DNA from: Seleniivibrio woodruffii
Lineage (GTDB): Bacteria; Chrysiogenota; Deferribacteres; Deferribacterales; Geovibrionaceae
Reading direction: 5' to 3'
Length of the DNA: 64,000 nt
NCBI RefSeq assembly: GCF_004339245.1
Contig: NZ_SMGG01000003.1
Coordinates: 87,106 to 151,105 of the forward strand
Below the pieces are notes generated by a model that worked only from the letters and a program-made list of their open reading frames with translations, did no database searches and was not told the origin of the DNA. Positions 60,068 through 64,000 of the stretch are shown here, one piece after another. Position numbers and translations under genes: made by a program. How positions within the stretch are numbered: the stretch's first letter is position 1; each line of letters begins with the position of its first letter.

Positions 60068-62910
60068 TCCTTCCCGAAAACCCTTTTAAACGCCGCACGA
60101 ACCGAACGGCGGATATTGTTGTATTCATCCAGAAGAGCGGCTCCTCCTGATTTGTACCCGAAGAACTCCGCCAGTCTGTCCAGCAGTTTGTCCTCTTTCG
60201 GCAGACGTGACGTGTCGGTGTTGTCATATATTCGCACCAGATTTTCCAGATGTCTGAAAAACAGGTAGCCTTTGTGGAAGCTGTTGAAATCTCTCGACGA
60301 AATAACGCCGAGATCCTTTGCCGAGTGGATGGCGTCGTGAGTGTTCGGTGTGTGCAGTTCGCCGAATTTACAGCCGTGCATCAGCTGAAACATCTGCGCC
60401 GCAAACTCGATATCCAGCAGACCGCCGTAGCCGGCTTTTATGTCGTTCTTTTCATACGGCAGACCCTTCTCGTTCTCAATTCGCATACGCATTTCATAAA
60501 TCTCTTTCACGCCCTCATCGCCTATCAGGCATATATACAGCGCCTGAGCCTTTATCCGCTCAAACTCAGCCGTCAGAGGCGAGTTGTAGTTTATGACGCT
60601 TGAACGCATGAGTGCCTGTTTCTCCCAGAGCATAGCCCCTTTGCGCTGATACTCTTCGAAGCCCGCAAGGGTTGTGACCAGTGTTCCGCTGGAACCGCTG
60701 GGGCGCAGACGCATGTCTGTCTTGTACAGGTATCCGTTGTGGCTGTATGCGCTGAGGAAGGTTATGCCCCTCTGCACCATCTTTGAATAAAATTCCTGAT
60801 TGGTAATGGATTTTTCGCCGTCTGTGGCTCCGTAGCCTTCATAGAGGAAAATAAGGTCGATGTCCGAACCGAAGCTCATCTCTATGCTTCCCACCTTGCC
60901 AAGCCCCACAAGCAGATAGCCGCACTCTCTGCCGTCCTCTGTTCTGGGTACTCCGTAGCGCTCAACCAGTTTTTCATAAACGTGGCTGAAAGCAAAATCC
61001 AGCGTTCCTCTAGCAAGCTCTGTAAGCGCACGCATTGTTTCGATAATGTTAGTCTGCTTATTAAGGTATGCATAGCCCGCATTGAACACGAACATTTTGT
61101 GCCTGATGCGTGCCGCCTCCGGTATCAGGTCCTCTTTGTCACGGTATTTTTCCGTGTACTGGAACAGGTCTTCCTTGATCTTTTCCGCTGTAAAGTCCAT
61201 GGGTTTGGGGTCGTATATGTAGTCGAGCAGGTCACGGTTGCTCATTATCTGGTCGGTGAGATACCTGCTGTATGAAAAAATATTGATAAGTTTCTGGATT
61301 ATGACGGGCGCAACTGAGAAGATATCGTGCAGCATGTATATTGTGGTGTTGCTGGTGAACATTCTTTCGAAGTTCGCAAGCACCTCGACACTGCCCGCTT
61401 TGCCGCCCAGACCGTTCAGGATCATTATGAAGAGCGACTTGAGTATCTGCCTGTCGCCGGATGTTCTGGGGCGGTTCTTCTGGCCTGCCATTACCCGCCT
61501 TATTATCTTTATACATTCCTGAGGTTCGTTTATCTTAAGCTGTTTAAGGATAACGGCCGCTTCATCCGGAGCTATGTCCTCATCGAACACCAGCATAACG
61601 CCTTCGTCGGATTCCGCATCTTTGAAAAGTTTGGCAAACTCGCCGTTGACCCTCTTTGTAACCTCTGCATACCTTGTTTCGAACTCGTCAGCAGTGGCAA
61701 AACCGCATCTTTCAAGATACAGAGGATAGGTTTCGGTCTTTTCCGGCACAGTGTGGGTCTGGCGCTCGTTCTCTATCTGCGCCATGTGTTCCAGCTTTCT
61801 GAGAAAGCAGTAGGATTCGGTGAGCATTTCGGAGGTTTCCGGAGTGAGGAGATTTGCGTCAGCCAGTATCTTAAGGCTTCTCAGTGTATTTGAATTGAAA
61901 ACATTATTGTTTGACGGGTAATTGATTATCTGCAATGTCTGAACAACGAACTCGATCTCCCGTATGCCTCCGCAGCCGAGCTTGACATGCTTCACATTTG
62001 CGCCTTTAAGCTCAACCCGCTTGTTTATCTTCTTCTTTATGTCCTCAAGGTCCTTCATTAGGTTATAGTCCAGACTTCGGCGGAAAACGAAAGGCTTAAC
62101 GGTTCTGATGAACGCTTCGCCGACCCCTTTGCTTCCCGCAACGGGAAGAGCTTTCAGAAGCATCATCCGCTCCCAGCTCTGGCCGTAGGTCTCGTAGTAG
62201 GTCTCGTAGCTTCTGACTGGCATCGCCAGTGCGCCCCTGTCGCCGTCCGGTCTCAGGCGCAGATCCACCCTGAAGACTATGCCGTCTTTTGTGCGTTCGC
62301 CTATTATACGGGTGATATATTCCGCCATCCTGTTGAAAAATGTATGGTTATCAAGCGAATCTGCCCCGTCGGTCTTGCCGAGGTCTGAGCCGTAAACGTA
62401 GATAACATCAATATCGGAGCTGAAATTCAGCTCCCAGCCGCCCAGTTTGCCAAGGCCTATGACACAGAAGCCCACCTCTCGCCCCTCTTCGTCTCTGGGG
62501 GTTCCGTGTGCGGCTTTCAGCATGTTCGACGCATAAAAGTAAGCCGCCTCACAACCTGCCGAAGCAAATGCGGAAACGTTAGCCGTCACCTCCAGACAGG
62601 GCGCACCGAAGCACATATCCGATGCGGCGATATTTATATATTCCTTCATCTTCACATTGCGCAGGTGAGCCATGAACTCATCATCGTTCATGCCAAGCAC
62701 GTTCACTGCGAAGATGTCCTCCAGAATGGATTTTTTACTGCGCAGGGTTCTGAATCTTCTGACTGCATCCTTAAGTTCGTGCGGGTTGTTTATCATCCAC
62801 ATCCCTATGAACTCGGAGTGTCTGGCTATATATGCCAGAACAAGGGAATCCTCGGCTGATATCCCCTGTTCAAGTGCTATCTGTTCTGTCTGCTGTTCTC
62901 TAGAAATCAT
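60064..62910 (-). CDS. glnE: Bifunctional glutamine synthetase adenylyltransferase/adenylyl-removing enzyme
   Basis: 948 aa with two nucleotidyltransferase domains (GKLGGWELNFSSDID, GKVGSIEMSFGSDID). Confidence 0.9.
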   Translation of the reverse strand: MISREQQTEQIALEQGISAEDSLVLAYIARHSEFIGMWMINNPHELKDAVRRFRTLRSKKSILEDIFAVNVLGMNDDEFMAHLRNVKMKEYINIAASDMCFGAPCLEVTANVSAFASAGCEAAYFYASNMLKAAHGTPRDEEGREVGFCVIGLGKLGGWELNFSSDIDVIYVYGSDLGKTDGADSLDNHTFFNRMAEYITRIIGERTKDGIVFRVDLRLRPDGDRGALAMPVRSYETYYETYGQSWERMMLLKALPVAGSKGVGEAFIRTVKPFVFRRSLDYNLMKDLEDIKKKINKRVELKGANVKHVKLGCGGIREIEFVVQTLQIINYPSNNNVFNSNTLRSLKILADANLLTPETSEMLTESYCFLRKLEHMAQIENERQTHTVPEKTETYPLYLERCGFATADEFETRYAEVTKRVNGEFAKLFKDAESDEGVMLVFDEDIAPDEAAVILKQLKINEPQECIKIIRRVMAGQKNRPRTSGDRQILKSLFIMILNGLGGKAGSVEVLANFERMFTSNTTIYMLHDIFSVAPVIIQKLINIFSYSRYLTDQIMSNRDLLDYIYDPKPMDFTAEKIKEDLFQYTEKYRDKEDLIPEAARIRHKMFVFNAGYAYLNKQTNIIETMRALTELARGTLDFAFSHVYEKLVERYGVPRTEDGRECGYLLVGLGKVGSIEMSFGSDIDLIFLYEGYGATDGEKSITNQEFYSKMVQRGITFLSAYSHNGYLYKTDMRLRPSGSSGTLVTTLAGFEEYQRKGAMLWEKQALMRSSVINYNSPLTAEFERIKAQALYICLIGDEGVKEIYEMRMRIENEKGLPYEKNDIKAGYGGLLDIEFAAQMFQLMHGCKFGELHTPNTHDAIHSAKDLGVISSRDFNSFHKGYLFFRHLENLVRIYDNTDTSRLPKEDKLLDRLAEFFGYKSGGAALLDEYNNIRRSVRAAFKRVFGKE

Positions 62911-64000
62911 TTTGACTCCGGTAATAATATTGTGAACTCACAGCCCTCGCCCGGGGCACTGTTCACTTCGATAAACCCGCCGTTGTCCATCACCACCTGC
63001 TTAACGGTGGCAAGCCCCAGCCCCGCCCCTTTCCGCTCCTTTGTGGTGTAGAAAGGCTTAAATATGCTCCTCTGTTCTGTCTTGTCCATCCCTCTGCCGG
63101 TGTCTTTCACCTTAAGCTCGAAGAACGACCCGTAGAATGTTTCTCTTTTTCCGGTGGAAACGGTGATAATACCTTTTTTCTCCATGGCTTCCGAGGCATT
63201 CTGACACAGATTCACCATCATCTGTATATATCTGCTCTCAATGATGTTTATCATCATTCCGTCTGAACTGTCATTATACTCTATTTTAACATCCGGCGGC
63301 ATAAGATTTCCCGAAATATCGATTGCGGTGGCAGTAAGCTCCCTTCCGAATCTCGGGATAGGTGTCTCCTCGGTCTCTTTCGCACTCTGGAGCACCTTCT
63401 GAATGTACATTTTGGCGCCTTCGACTATCCCGTTTATGTTAACCAGATGCAGTTCACGCTTGTCATCGTCGTCCGCCCGCTCAGCAAGGCTGAACTGGAG
63501 GGCAATATTCTGAAGGATGTTGCTGAAGTCATGAGCCATGCCCGAGGCAAGAGTGCCGACAGCCTCACGTCTCTGAGCCAGATAAAAGCTGTTCTGCATG
63601 CTCTTATAGTCGGTGATATCAGTGAACAGGGAGAGCACAACGTGCCGTCCTTCGGTCTCCATCAGGATTGAGCTGGCGGAAATGCTGATAACCTCGCCGT
63701 CGCCCCTTATCAGGCCGAACTCGCCGAAGCTCTCAAGCTCCTCCTCGCCCATGGATTCCAGTCTGGCTCTGAACTTCTCCTTCTCCCTGATAAAGTCAAA
63801 AATTTTGCATCCGCAGGCGGCTGAGATCCCCAGTTCCCGGCATTTATTGTTCTGTTCAATGATGTTGCCGTCCTTGTCGTGGACAACGACATACTCCGGA
63901 ATGGTCTGAAAAAGGCTCTCATATTTTTTGCTCAGACTGTTCAGGTGCAGGGTACGCTCTTTGATCTCGTCGGCCAGCCTCCTGTTCACCTTGAACATCT
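62907..64000 (-). CDS. PAS-domain sensor histidine kinase (C-terminal part; gene likely continues past window end)
   Basis: H-box HDFSNILQNI and a HATPase region (GAGLGLATVKQVV). Its stop overlaps the glnE start by 4 nt. Confidence 0.75.
   Translation of the reverse strand, partial: MFKVNRRLADEIKERTLHLNSLSKKYESLFQTIPEYVVVHDKDGNIIEQNNKCRELGISAACGCKIFDFIREKEKFRARLESMGEEELESFGEFGLIRGDGEVISISASSILMETEGRHVVLSLFTDITDYKSMQNSFYLAQRREAVGTLASGMAHDFSNILQNIALQFSLAERADDDDKRELHLVNINGIVEGAKMYIQKVLQSAKETEETPIPRFGRELTATAIDISGNLMPPDVKIEYNDSSDGMMINIIESRYIQMMVNLCQNASEAMEKKGIITVSTGKRETFYGSFFELKVKDTGRGMDKTEQRSIFKPFYTTKERKGAGLGLATVKQVVMDNGGFIEVNSAPGEGCEFTILLPESK

Overview
This window is dense, mostly minus-strand core chromosome of an anaerobe-like bacterium with roughly 50% GC, so I read most of it as ordinary core genome. 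I found no transposases, integrases, CRISPR arrays or defence genes. The one candidate undescribed element is a plus-strand promoter (41575..41603) driving a 24-codon Phe-rich leader peptide (MNMNRFFAAASFFFFGFFWCSSPE, 8 Phe and 1 Trp) followed by a strong intrinsic terminator directly upstream of the binding-protein genes, which looks like a ribosome-mediated attenuator.

Reading left to right:
- nuoDCBA (partial nuoD at the window start).
- A translationally coupled DUF898, M48 peptidase, rluD operon.
- rpsF, ssb, rpsR, a DUF2232 (YybS-like) protein, a CDF transporter, and a class I aminotransferase (DapL-like).
- A PEBP/YbhB protein, an AraC regulator, and a HemN-like radical SAM protein.
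- A 969-aa lipoprotein, then dnaA with an extended -10 promoter but no nearby dnaN or obvious oriC.
- A minus-strand run: an orphan CheY-like receiver with a roughly 330-aa acidic tail, purM, purN, and an M16 homologue lacking HXXEH.
- A very long minus-strand run: hisF, hisE, yceD, rpmF, plsX, fabH, fabD, fabG, acpP, fabF, rnc, a radical SAM protein, rsmD, coaD.
- An SPFH/band-7 gene.
- A polyphosphate cluster: sixA, a CYTH-CHAD protein, ppx, ppx, ppk1, and a 40-aa Lys/Cys-rich protein ATGA-coupled to ppk1.
- A small hypothetical gene, satP, and a 1.15-kb AT-rich non-coding island containing a perfect 22-bp palindrome.
- Two paralogous LivJ-like binding-protein genes, iorA, iorB and paaK.
- A TRIC channel, a FetB-like permease, two tandem paralogous sensor kinases, eamA, a two-domain ppk2, yajQ, and a small Mo-bisPGD oxidoreductase.
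- A PAS histidine kinase, glnE, ThiE-like operon running off the window end.

I also noticed a dispersed 26-33 nt intergenic repeat family in at least six places.
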